Sequence record: OQ828465.1
Length of the DNA: 64,000 nucleotides
Strand: one strand, 5' to 3'
Made by a program: the position numbers and the translations under genes. Positions 55,543-64,000 of the stretch are shown piece after piece. The notes beneath the pieces are model-generated. The model ran no database searches. It saw only the letters and a program-made list of their open reading frames with translations, and was not told the origin of the DNA. The number at the start of each line of letters is the position of its first letter. Position 1 is the first letter of the stretch.

Positions 55543-56076
55543 ATGACCCAAGTTCTGGTTATGCCAAAAGCTGTTTTTGAATCATATAAAACAGCAGGTG
55601 TACAATTTAACAAATTGTTAGACACCAACTATATAGTTTCCGAAACCTCCGTAAATGATCTTGCGGAGATACATCAGGCTTTAACTGCTTTCCCCTTTCT
55701 ATTACCAGAAAAACTAGATATTAAGTTAGCAGTAAGCCCGATAATTAAAGTTGCTGAGCTAGGTGAAATAGACGGTCCTGAACAATTTAAGATGAAGGAT
55801 TTACACAATCGTTTAGAGAGCCGCCTAGCGACTAATGAACTTAGGGATGCAGGTAACCGTAATTTAGTGTACGATTATTACCTATATCCTGTAGATGAGA
55901 ATCTGTGGGTTGCGGTGCAGCAGAGTGCGCACATTGCAAGTAGCGATCCTAGACGTGTCTCAATTCAACTTAACCATACTTTCTTTGATAGTATGATAAA
56001 TGAAATGTTGAACACCCGCCCACGTGAATCCGTGGCGTCAACACAAATTTTTACCTATTATTTGGAGAGCTGCTAG
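55543..56076 (+). CDS. Head-associated protein (gp119-like)
   Basis: 177 aa upstream of the major capsid gene. Confidence 0.65.
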   Translation: MTQVLVMPKAVFESYKTAGVQFNKLLDTNYIVSETSVNDLAEIHQALTAFPFLLPEKLDIKLAVSPIIKVAELGEIDGPEQFKMKDLHNRLESRLATNELRDAGNRNLVYDYYLYPVDENLWVAVQQSAHIASSDPRRVSIQLNHTFFDSMINEMLNTRPRESVASTQIFTYYLESC

Positions 56077-56148
56077 GTTGATTCCGGAAAAGATGCTTAG
56101 TAGACCCAAATTTTTAAACCAAAAACTCATCCTACGTAGGAATAAAAA

Positions 56149-58392
56149 ATGAGCGTACATGCCCTAAGAGAACTGTTTAAACACAAAGGCGAAAAGAAAT
56201 ACGAAGTCTTCTCAATGGAAGATTTCATTGGCCGCCTAGAAAGTGAAATTGGTCTAAATGACAGCATTGTTAGTCAAGGTCGTTCCCTTGTTAGCACCAT
56301 TTCACATGAAAACTTCGGTACCGTACAAGCTACCGACGTTCAAGATGCTGCTGCAATTTATAACAAAATGCAAATGCTCGTTAACGACTATGGTTTCGAA
56401 CGAGTAAGTTCCAGTGATCCTCAAGTACGTGCTCGTGAAGAACGTGTTCGTGAGAACCAGATCACTGCTGCTACCATGGCTGCTATCGCCTGTGCTGATG
56501 AAACTAAATATATCCGTGCACTACGTGGTATTACCAAAGCTAAAGCTTCTAACGAAGATCATGTTAAGGTTGTACAGCATCAGTTCAATGGCCCTGCTGG
56601 TGGTATTCAAGTATTCGAAAATGGTGTTGGCCTAGAGAACTATAACGAGAAGTCACAGCGTGATTTCCGTGTTGTAACTATTGGTTATAACCTAGCTGCT
56701 AGCCGTCAGGATGAATTCGCTGAGCGTATCTATCCGACCACCGTTATCAACCCGATTGAAGGTGGTGTTGTTCAGGTTCTTCCTTACATCGCTGTAATGA
56801 AAGACGTTTACCACGAAGTATCCGGCGTTAAGATGGATAACGAAGAAGTGAACATGGTAGAAGCCTATCGTGATCCTTCCATCCTCGACGACGAAAGCAT
56901 TGCACTAATTCCTGCCCTAGATCCGGCTGGTTCCAATGCTGACTTCTTCGTAGACCCGGCTCTTGTTCCTCCGTACACCATCAAGAACGAGCAGAACCTA
57001 ACTATCACTACTGCTCCGCTAAAAGCGAACGTACGTCTTGATCTAATGGGTAACTCCAATGCTAACCTACTCATCCAGCGTGGCATGCTTGAAGTTTCTG
57101 ACACCATTGATCCGGCTGGTCGTCTAAAGAACCTATTCGTTCTACTCGGTGGTAAAGTTGTTAAGTTCAAGGTTGACCGTCTACCTCGCGCTGTGTTCCA
57201 GCCCGATCTAGTTGGTGATACCCGGAACGCTGTTATCCGTTTCGATAGCGACGATCTAGTTGTTAGTGGCGATACCACTTTCATCGATGGTTCAGCTGAC
57301 GGTGTTATCAATGATCTTAAGACCGCTAAACTAAGCCTACGTCTAAGCGTTGGTTTTGGTGGTACAATCAGCCTATCCAAAGGCGATTCTAAGTTTGGTG
57401 CTACCGACACTTACGTCGATAAAGTTCTAAACGAGGATGGTCAGGTAATGGATAATGCTGACCCGGCTGTTAAAGCTATTCTAGATCAGCTAACTGACCT
57501 AGCGGTTATCGGTTTCGAACTAGACACTCGCTTCACCAACACTAACCGTCGTCAGCGTGGTCACCTACTACAGACCCGTGCGCTACAGTTCCGTCATCCG
57601 ATCCCGATGCACGCTCCTGTAACTCTACCGATGGACACCATGACCGATGAAGGTCCGGGTGAGGTTGTTAAAGCTCTAACTGTTAACACCAACATCCGTA
57701 ACAGCAACAACGCTGTTAAGCGCATGCTTAACTACCTTGCTCAACTACGTGAAGTTGTACACAATGGTTACAACCGTCCGAAGTTTGGTATCATCGAAGG
57801 TGCACTATCCGCTGTAATGCGTCCGACCTATCGTTACAAAGAACTAGATCTTGAGAAAGTCATCGACACCATCAAGTCTAAAGATCGTTGGGACGACGTT
57901 TGCGCTGCGATCCTAAACTGTGTTAAAGCTGAGCTATTCCCGGCTCACCGTGATTCCAACATTGAAGCTGCCTTCCGTGTTATCTCCGGTAACCAGGATG
58001 AAACTCCGATGTATCTCTTCTGCTCCGACAAAGAGATTGCTAACTATCTAATGACTAAAGGTGACGACCGTACTCTAGGTGCTTATCTCAAGTACGATAT
58101 CGTTTCCACCAACAACCAGCTATTCGATGGTAAGCTAGTTGTAATTCCGACCCGCGCAGTACAACAAGAAAACGACATCCTCTCCTGGGGTCAGTTCTTC
58201 TACGTATCTACTGTTATCGCTGACCTACCGATCACCCGTGGTGGTCACCAGGTTACTCGCGAAATCGCGGCCATTCCGTTCAACCTACACGTCAACAACA
58301 TTCCGTTCGCACTAGAGTTCAAGATCACTGGCTTCCAGAAAGTCATGGGCGAAACTCAGTTCAACGGTAAGCTTGCTGATCTTAAGCCGTGA
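56149..58392 (+). CDS. Major capsid protein (gp120-like)
   Basis: 747 aa, strong codon bias, propeptide sites SMED, SHEN, GLEN; recognised as the phiKZ-type MCP. Confidence 0.92.
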   Translation: MSVHALRELFKHKGEKKYEVFSMEDFIGRLESEIGLNDSIVSQGRSLVSTISHENFGTVQATDVQDAAAIYNKMQMLVNDYGFERVSSSDPQVRAREERVRENQITAATMAAIACADETKYIRALRGITKAKASNEDHVKVVQHQFNGPAGGIQVFENGVGLENYNEKSQRDFRVVTIGYNLAASRQDEFAERIYPTTVINPIEGGVVQVLPYIAVMKDVYHEVSGVKMDNEEVNMVEAYRDPSILDDESIALIPALDPAGSNADFFVDPALVPPYTIKNEQNLTITTAPLKANVRLDLMGNSNANLLIQRGMLEVSDTIDPAGRLKNLFVLLGGKVVKFKVDRLPRAVFQPDLVGDTRNAVIRFDSDDLVVSGDTTFIDGSADGVINDLKTAKLSLRLSVGFGGTISLSKGDSKFGATDTYVDKVLNEDGQVMDNADPAVKAILDQLTDLAVIGFELDTRFTNTNRRQRGHLLQTRALQFRHPIPMHAPVTLPMDTMTDEGPGEVVKALTVNTNIRNSNNAVKRMLNYLAQLREVVHNGYNRPKFGIIEGALSAVMRPTYRYKELDLEKVIDTIKSKDRWDDVCAAILNCVKAELFPAHRDSNIEAAFRVISGNQDETPMYLFCSDKEIANYLMTKGDDRTLGAYLKYDIVSTNNQLFDGKLVVIPTRAVQQENDILSWGQFFYVSTVIADLPITRGGHQVTREIAAIPFNLHVNNIPFALEFKITGFQKVMGETQFNGKLADLKP

Positions 58393-58473
58393 GCTGGAAA
58401 GGGTTACCGTTATCTAGAAAATGGGACTATCCGTTATTTGGAAGACGGTAATGCCCGGAAGTTAGAAGAGTAA
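58393..58473 (+). other. In-frame 26-codon extension behind the MCP UGA (candidate readthrough)
   Basis: AGKGYRYLENGTIRYLEDGNARKLEE*; the terminator starts only after the TAA. Confidence 0.55.
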
Positions 58474-58482
58474 CAGACATAG

Positions 58483-58502
58483 GCCCTCCCTTCGGGGAGG
58501 GC
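58483..58502 (+). terminator. Intrinsic terminator of the MCP transcript
   Basis: GCCCTCCC-TTCG-GGGAGGGC, then TTTATG. Confidence 0.9.
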
Positions 58503-58528
58503 TTTATGTTGTATTACATTAAAAAAAG

Positions 58529-58545
58529 TTTAAGATCTATATTAC
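58529..58545 (+). promoter_or_regulatory. Early (virion RNAP) promoter
   Basis: TTTAAGATC-TATATTAC upstream of the gp121-124-like genes. Confidence 0.85.
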
Positions 58546-58588
58546 AGTAATGATCATGATCTTCTAATTTAAAAATAGGTTAATCCAA

Positions 58589-59041
58589 ATGAACGTTCAA
58601 TTATTTCCAGAAGTCATCGAAAGATGGCAAGATGCCCTAAGGGTATCTCTTATAGAAAAAAATACCATGGTAGATAATAAGATGTCTACCGTAGATGATG
58701 ATAAATACATTAATACTTTCTTTGAAGAATTCCATCCTGTTCAGGATGTCTTTATGCCCAAAGGGCTAGAGGACTTTATTACTGATTATGCCAAGAAAAA
58801 CATTGAGGAGATCCTTCAAGAAAAACAGTTTAAGCGGGCCACCGAAAAGTTATATTGTTCGAGTGACCCGCATAAATGGCAGAAATCAAGTAATAAGGAA
58901 AAGAGTGAATCCTTTAAGGGAAGGTCCGTACATCAAACTAAAAAGAGGCTCCCCAACATTGTAGATTTGGAGGCCGTTGTGATTAAGGTAGATTTCAATG
59001 GTAACACTAAAAATTGCGGGGCTTACTCAAGTATCAGTTAA
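58589..59041 (+). CDS. Hypothetical protein (gp121-like)
   Basis: 150 aa, ATAGG SD. Confidence 0.7.
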   Translation: MNVQLFPEVIERWQDALRVSLIEKNTMVDNKMSTVDDDKYINTFFEEFHPVQDVFMPKGLEDFITDYAKKNIEEILQEKQFKRATEKLYCSSDPHKWQKSSNKEKSESFKGRSVHQTKKRLPNIVDLEAVVIKVDFNGNTKNCGAYSSIS

Positions 59042-60080
59042 GCCTACTATCGATCACCCGTATGATAAGAAATCGGGAACTGCATACACTAAGGGTGATC
59101 CATACGCTAATTGGAATCTCCCTGTCTCACGTTTTGTTGAGTATCGGAATGAATCATTTCATCGTATTACTGTAGTCGATTCATCTGGTCACGCTATCAA
59201 TATTGGGACATCCCGTAAGTATGTAATGTCTAATAGACTAGTAGTTAAGGTCATTTACCGATGGAGTGGTGATGATAGTTTTAACTATGAAGTTATGGCT
59301 AAATCTATTCCAGGTTTTACACCTGAGGAAATGTTAGAATATATTCAGTCATTTAGTCGACAGACATTCGATCAGTTTAATAACCAGCTATCTGAGATTA
59401 CTATTTGGTATTCAATTGACTTATCAAAACTAGTAGATCAGTATCATGGTGGTTGGATTCAGAGTTTAGGTATCCAAGTATTTAAAACTGAGTATAGTCA
59501 GTATTTTGAATTTTATCCAAATAGAAATATTAGTCCTCCTGGTTACAGCGGACTTAGTCCAGAAGAAGAAGCACTTTCTAATCAAGTATGGAATGAAACA
59601 TATTCTTTAACGTATAATACTGACATCAATAAACCAGATAAATTGTTTTATGTAATGGCTGGCAGAATTATGGCCATTGAGTCAATCTATAATCCATCAT
59701 TAGATCCTGGTCTTATTGTTAATATCCGTGGTAAGCATGGATGTATTAGTCATAATGGCGAAAAGAGATATGTAATACCTCCTGAACAGTTCCATGAAAA
59801 TGGTTTCTTTAGAACACATGAAGAAGCTGCTGCAATGGTTGGAATTAAAGATAAGAAAGTTATTGAACGTCTTAAGACTGCGCTCTTAACAGCGGCTGAT
59901 ATTAAGGAAAGGGAAGCCCAGGAAAAAGCAGCTGGTACGTTTGATAAAGAATTCAAACCAAAAGATGTTGTATTGATTCATGGTCTAAAATGGGGTGATC
60001 TAAACTCCATTGCCTCTGATCTAGTATCATCCATTAAAATTGTAGGTTCACTGATGGATTTAATTTTGCCAAAAGTTTAG
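58998..60080 (+). CDS. Conserved hypothetical protein (gp122-like)
   Basis: 360 aa. Confidence 0.75.
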   Translation: MVTLKIAGLTQVSVKPTIDHPYDKKSGTAYTKGDPYANWNLPVSRFVEYRNESFHRITVVDSSGHAINIGTSRKYVMSNRLVVKVIYRWSGDDSFNYEVMAKSIPGFTPEEMLEYIQSFSRQTFDQFNNQLSEITIWYSIDLSKLVDQYHGGWIQSLGIQVFKTEYSQYFEFYPNRNISPPGYSGLSPEEEALSNQVWNETYSLTYNTDINKPDKLFYVMAGRIMAIESIYNPSLDPGLIVNIRGKHGCISHNGEKRYVIPPEQFHENGFFRTHEEAAAMVGIKDKKVIERLKTALLTAADIKEREAQEKAAGTFDKEFKPKDVVLIHGLKWGDLNSIASDLVSSIKIVGSLMDLILPKV

Positions 60081-60089
60081 GAGTTTATA

Positions 60090-61721
60090 ATGCCGGATCC
60101 ATTTCTAATTGAAAAGATTCGTGAAAATACGCCTTGCATGAATCCAACACTAGCAAATGGTATCACAGTCGAACACACCATGACTCGTGATCCAAATACT
60201 GGTGTTAATATGACCAGGCGTTATATTGATTCTTTATTTGATATCAGTTCAGTTCTATTTCCCGATGGCTTCAAATATGAAGGCAATCGTGCATGTACAC
60301 CGCTTAAGCATTTTGAAGAGATTACTCGGGAATATAATGCTAAGCGTATTGCCAATATTGCTCCAACTGACATGTACATGATTGACCTAATGTTTAGTTA
60401 TAAAGGGGAAATGCTTTATCCTCGTCCAATGTTGTTACCAGCTTTTAAGAGAGGCAATATGGTAACTATCAATGGTGCGAAATATATCGGTTCACCAGTA
60501 TTAACTGATGTTGGGTTCTCTGTACTTAATGATAGCATCTTCATCCCGTTTCGTCGTACTAAGCTAACCTTTAAACAAACTGACCACCATTACATGTGCA
60601 ATGGTCAGCGTAAAATCATGTATGTGATCTGGTCACAGATTCACAATGAAATGGCTAAGCGTACTAAACGAGATCTGGATAATCGACCACATATTGAGTC
60701 ATGTTTAGCTCATTATTTCTTCTGTCAGTTTGGAGTAACTCAAACTTTCAAACAATGGGCTAATGTAGATGTTAAGTGTGGACTGCTGTCTGATTTTCCT
60801 GAAGAAGAATATCCACGTGAAAAGTGGAATATTTATTCCAGTGCAACATTAAAAGGCAAACATCCCACCGGTGAAATGGTTCTTGTTATACCTCGTCATC
60901 AAGAATCTATTTTTGCCACACGACTTATCGCTGGTTTCTGGTATGTGGTCGATGCATTTCCAATGCGGTTTACTCGACCTGAATATGTAGATAGTACCAA
61001 CTTATGGCGTGTTATCCTAGGTCACATGGTGTTTGGTGATTTTGAGCACCAAGGTAAAGTAGAGGAAAACATTGATTCACACCTACACAGTTTCTGTAAT
61101 TCACTAGACGAAATGACTATTGAAGAACTTAAAACAGTTGGTGTCAATGTAAGTACTATTTGGGAACTTCTTTACGAGATCATGACTAGTTTGGCTCATC
61201 ATCTTTATGCTACTGATATTGATGAAACTAGTATGTATGGTAAAAGGTTAACAGTACTGCATTACTTGATGTCAGAGTTTAACTATGCTGTAAGTATGTT
61301 TGGTTATATGTTCCAGTCTAGGCGTGATCGTGAATGGACTGTACAAGAGCTAAACGAAGGTTTAAAACGTTCTTTTAAACTACAGACAGCTATTAAACGA
61401 TTAACAGTGGACCATGGTGAACTCGATACAATGAGTAATCCAAACTCCAGTATGTTGATTAAAGGGACATCTATCCTAGTTACACAGGATCGCGCTAAAA
61501 CAGCTAAGGCTCATAATAAGTCTCTAATCAATGACTCATCTAGGATTATTCACGCATCTATTGCTGAGGTAGGTCAATATAAAAACCAACCTAAGAACAA
61601 CCCGGATGGTCGAGGTAGGCTTAATATGTATACCAAAGTGGGTCCAACTGGACTAGTTGAACGTCGTGAAGAAGTGCGTGAAATAATTGACAACGCTCAA
61701 TTAATGTTCCGTGCAAAATAA
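60090..61721 (+). CDS. rpoB: Non-virion RNAP beta subunit N-terminal part (gp123-like)
   Basis: VTINGAKYIGSPVL matches the beta 'FiiNGseRV' region; synteny. Confidence 0.8.
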   Translation: MPDPFLIEKIRENTPCMNPTLANGITVEHTMTRDPNTGVNMTRRYIDSLFDISSVLFPDGFKYEGNRACTPLKHFEEITREYNAKRIANIAPTDMYMIDLMFSYKGEMLYPRPMLLPAFKRGNMVTINGAKYIGSPVLTDVGFSVLNDSIFIPFRRTKLTFKQTDHHYMCNGQRKIMYVIWSQIHNEMAKRTKRDLDNRPHIESCLAHYFFCQFGVTQTFKQWANVDVKCGLLSDFPEEEYPREKWNIYSSATLKGKHPTGEMVLVIPRHQESIFATRLIAGFWYVVDAFPMRFTRPEYVDSTNLWRVILGHMVFGDFEHQGKVEENIDSHLHSFCNSLDEMTIEELKTVGVNVSTIWELLYEIMTSLAHHLYATDIDETSMYGKRLTVLHYLMSEFNYAVSMFGYMFQSRRDREWTVQELNEGLKRSFKLQTAIKRLTVDHGELDTMSNPNSSMLIKGTSILVTQDRAKTAKAHNKSLINDSSRIIHASIAEVGQYKNQPKNNPDGRGRLNMYTKVGPTGLVERREEVREIIDNAQLMFRAK

Positions 61722-61756
61722 ATTAAATCTTTAACTACTTAATAGGTATTATTCAC

Positions 61757-63922
61757 ATGAACTATGCACAGTACAATCTACCTGTCGATTTTGAGAGTGT
61801 AGATACCAGTACTTTCGATCCTAACCTACCTAATGGGAATTATCTGTTTAGCCTACCGCTACAGTTATCACCACATCAACAACATCCTCAACTACAACCA
61901 TATTTCAATGGTGTAATTGGGCTGTTCCGGCTGAATGCTCAAAATGCTGCTACTACCACCCAGCTTCATGCATTTGCGTATAATCTGCTATCTAGTAATG
62001 GTTTTCAGAATAACTATTATCAGCAGTGGGCTCAGAAAGTTATTGACTTTCTAGAGTTTCTATTTATTCATCGTCAAATGGTGAATAACCCACAGCAGGC
62101 AATGCAGCAAGCTGCATCTCTAGTATGGTCTGGTTTTGTTGGTAAATGTGCTCAAACCTTCCCGCAGCTACAAAGTCTAGTTCAACATCTAATGCCGAAT
62201 ATCCAACAGGCACTTGGTGTAATCGGGCAGATTGAATCAGATATCCAAAAGATGCGTATGGGTGGTAACACCATGATGCAGGGTGGATATCAACAACCTG
62301 GTGTACAGCCTGGAAGTTTCCCTGGGATGGGTGCAGCAATGGGTCGTCCTGGCATGAGTTCACAACTACCTCCAATTAACGCAGGTATCCAACAGACCTA
62401 TGGTCAACCGGCTACCATGGCTAATCCGCAGCTGAACATTCCAGGGGCATATACACCAACAACTAATCATGACGCTGGTCCATCAATTGCAAATGCTGCA
62501 TATGACGTACCTGGTTCTTCTCCTTTCCTGGAAAACAAACCAGTCATGCAACCTAAAGACTCTTGGGGTGCCACTGTTGAAGTATCTCCAAATAGTAGTT
62601 ATGATACAATCCCTGGTGGAGGTGATGTAATGATTCTACCTGAACTACAACAAAATGCAAATACTGTAACTAATGATAATACGGATCTACCCATCCCTCA
62701 AGATGTGAAAGAACTCGTATTCGATCCGAACTATTATGTACCCAATGGATTTGTAATTAATAAAGATCGTCCGATGGATGTTATCTATAATCCAGGTGGC
62801 ATTGAAATCCGACCTGCTCATCTAGTTGCAGATAAACCTGATTGGGTACGTACTGCTAGTTCAGCTAATCCATACAGCATCCTAATGGATCCGGCAGTAT
62901 ATTGTCGCTTCCTTGCTAAATGGCCTGATAACACTGTACATGAAGTATATCGTAAGTGGGAGAATCACATGGAAATGGATTATCTAAAGCATGAGCTTCA
63001 AGATGATCTCCGTCGTCAAGCACATCGTGGTGGTGGTGCGCGTACTGCAACCAGTTATAAGCTATCTACCATTATGGGTGATGCCAAACCGGTTAAAGAA
63101 GTAGCCGAAGAGTTTTCACCAAATGATGCTGGGTTAACTGATAATCGTGAACATGATCCAGTTATCCTAGAAGGTTATATTGCTTGTGCAAATAATCTTG
63201 AAGCAGAAGCTGGTGCACTCAATGCAGTTCGTGAAGCACTTGAGCTAAGCGAAGATGATGTAGTTCCAGCACATGAGTATCGCGCAGCATCATCCCATCC
63301 ATTTGATGCTTCAACTGAAGTCATGTATGAGATCGAGGATATTCGAAAAGAACCCGATCCGCATCTAATTGCAAAGCGCCTTAAGCAACTAATGCTAGAT
63401 GGTAAGCTGGCTCAACGCTACTATCGGTTCCTAGTTGAAAGGCTCACCAGTGCAGTTAATGAGTTCCTGGCTGATTCAATGAGTCAGAAGGTAACCATTG
63501 ATGACTTCTGTGAAGATATCGGTGACCTTATCGCATATCTGATCGGTAAGAAGGGTAAGTCAGTAGCTGATAAATTTACCGCTAGTATTCCGTTTATTGT
63601 TGGACGGAGTATGTGTGTTAATATTGATCCAGAAGAAGGTAATTCTATTCTAGATCTATCAGTGCGTTTCCAAACTGGCTGGCGCCTTGAGGAACTATCC
63701 TGCCTAAATATTTATACCGAGAAAGCAGTGCTTATCAGTAAACTTACTGAACCTAAGATTACTCAAGTAATCATGGGAATGGCAAAGCGTCTAAATAGCT
63801 CTAAAGATTCAGATGATGCACGTACCCACAAAATGTACATTATCACTGCTGATGGATCTTATCTACAAGTTATTCGTGGCGCTCTTGTTGATAATGCTGT
63901 TCTACTTAAGCTTATCAAATAA
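61757..63922 (+). CDS. Conserved protein with Q/G/M/P-rich internal region (gp124-like)
   Basis: 721 aa. Confidence 0.75.
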   Translation: MNYAQYNLPVDFESVDTSTFDPNLPNGNYLFSLPLQLSPHQQHPQLQPYFNGVIGLFRLNAQNAATTTQLHAFAYNLLSSNGFQNNYYQQWAQKVIDFLEFLFIHRQMVNNPQQAMQQAASLVWSGFVGKCAQTFPQLQSLVQHLMPNIQQALGVIGQIESDIQKMRMGGNTMMQGGYQQPGVQPGSFPGMGAAMGRPGMSSQLPPINAGIQQTYGQPATMANPQLNIPGAYTPTTNHDAGPSIANAAYDVPGSSPFLENKPVMQPKDSWGATVEVSPNSSYDTIPGGGDVMILPELQQNANTVTNDNTDLPIPQDVKELVFDPNYYVPNGFVINKDRPMDVIYNPGGIEIRPAHLVADKPDWVRTASSANPYSILMDPAVYCRFLAKWPDNTVHEVYRKWENHMEMDYLKHELQDDLRRQAHRGGGARTATSYKLSTIMGDAKPVKEVAEEFSPNDAGLTDNREHDPVILEGYIACANNLEAEAGALNAVREALELSEDDVVPAHEYRAASSHPFDASTEVMYEIEDIRKEPDPHLIAKRLKQLMLDGKLAQRYYRFLVERLTSAVNEFLADSMSQKVTIDDFCEDIGDLIAYLIGKKGKSVADKFTASIPFIVGRSMCVNIDPEEGNSILDLSVRFQTGWRLEELSCLNIYTEKAVLISKLTEPKITQVIMGMAKRLNSSKDSDDARTHKMYIITADGSYLQVIRGALVDNAVLLKLIK

Positions 63923-63928
63923 GCATGA

Positions 63929-63950
63929 AAGCCCCTCTTCGGAGGGGCTT
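63929..63950 (+). terminator. Intrinsic terminator
   Basis: AAGCCCCTC-TTCG-GAGGGGCTT. Confidence 0.85.
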
Positions 63951-64000
63951 ATTTATGAGTAATGTATAGTTTAATCAAATATTGTAAAAAAGGAGTAATA

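Noticed and set aside
56865-57410. 181-aa minus-strand ORF within the capsid gene
   Set aside because: Shadow ORF caused by strong codon bias
58389-58451. 20-aa GTG-start ORF overlapping the MCP stop
   Set aside because: No SD or repeat signal; the in-frame extension explains the sequence better

Overview
AT-rich 64-kb segment of a phiKZ-like (Phikzvirus, nucleus-forming) Pseudomonas jumbo phage. Gene order matches, from recall, phiKZ gp70-gp124. It holds non-virion RNAP subunits (gp71-73-like, split here by a 307-nt ORF-less group I intron; gp74- and gp123-like), an SF2 helicase, a virion RNAP beta' fragment (gp80-like), the exonuclease/motif-A half of the split family-B DNA polymerase (gp82-like), a long head/inner-body/baseplate block (gp83-101-like), an early-promoter accessory region (44.7-52.5 kb), a DnaB helicase and the major capsid protein (gp120-like). 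The gp numbers are assigned from recalled synteny and motifs, not a database search. The strongest unexplained signal is hidden translational recoding at three sites missed or truncated by the ORF track. (1) A T_TTT_TTT -1 slippery site at the end of the gp77-like gene opens a 165-codon frame with no start of its own, the architecture of lambda G/GT tail-assembly chaperones. (2) An in-frame 26-codon tail behind the capsid gene's UGA carries a synonymously diverged RYLE(N/D)G repeat, suggesting stop readthrough. (3) A 123-codon frame without a canonical start follows a C_CCA_AAG heptamer at the end of the polymerase subunit gene and has NADAR-like motifs. Also notable: a ~610-bp ORF-free hairpin array with repeated CGCTA loops near dnaB, and recurring CATA-hairpin-TATG cassettes. 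No tRNA, rRNA or CRISPR array was seen.
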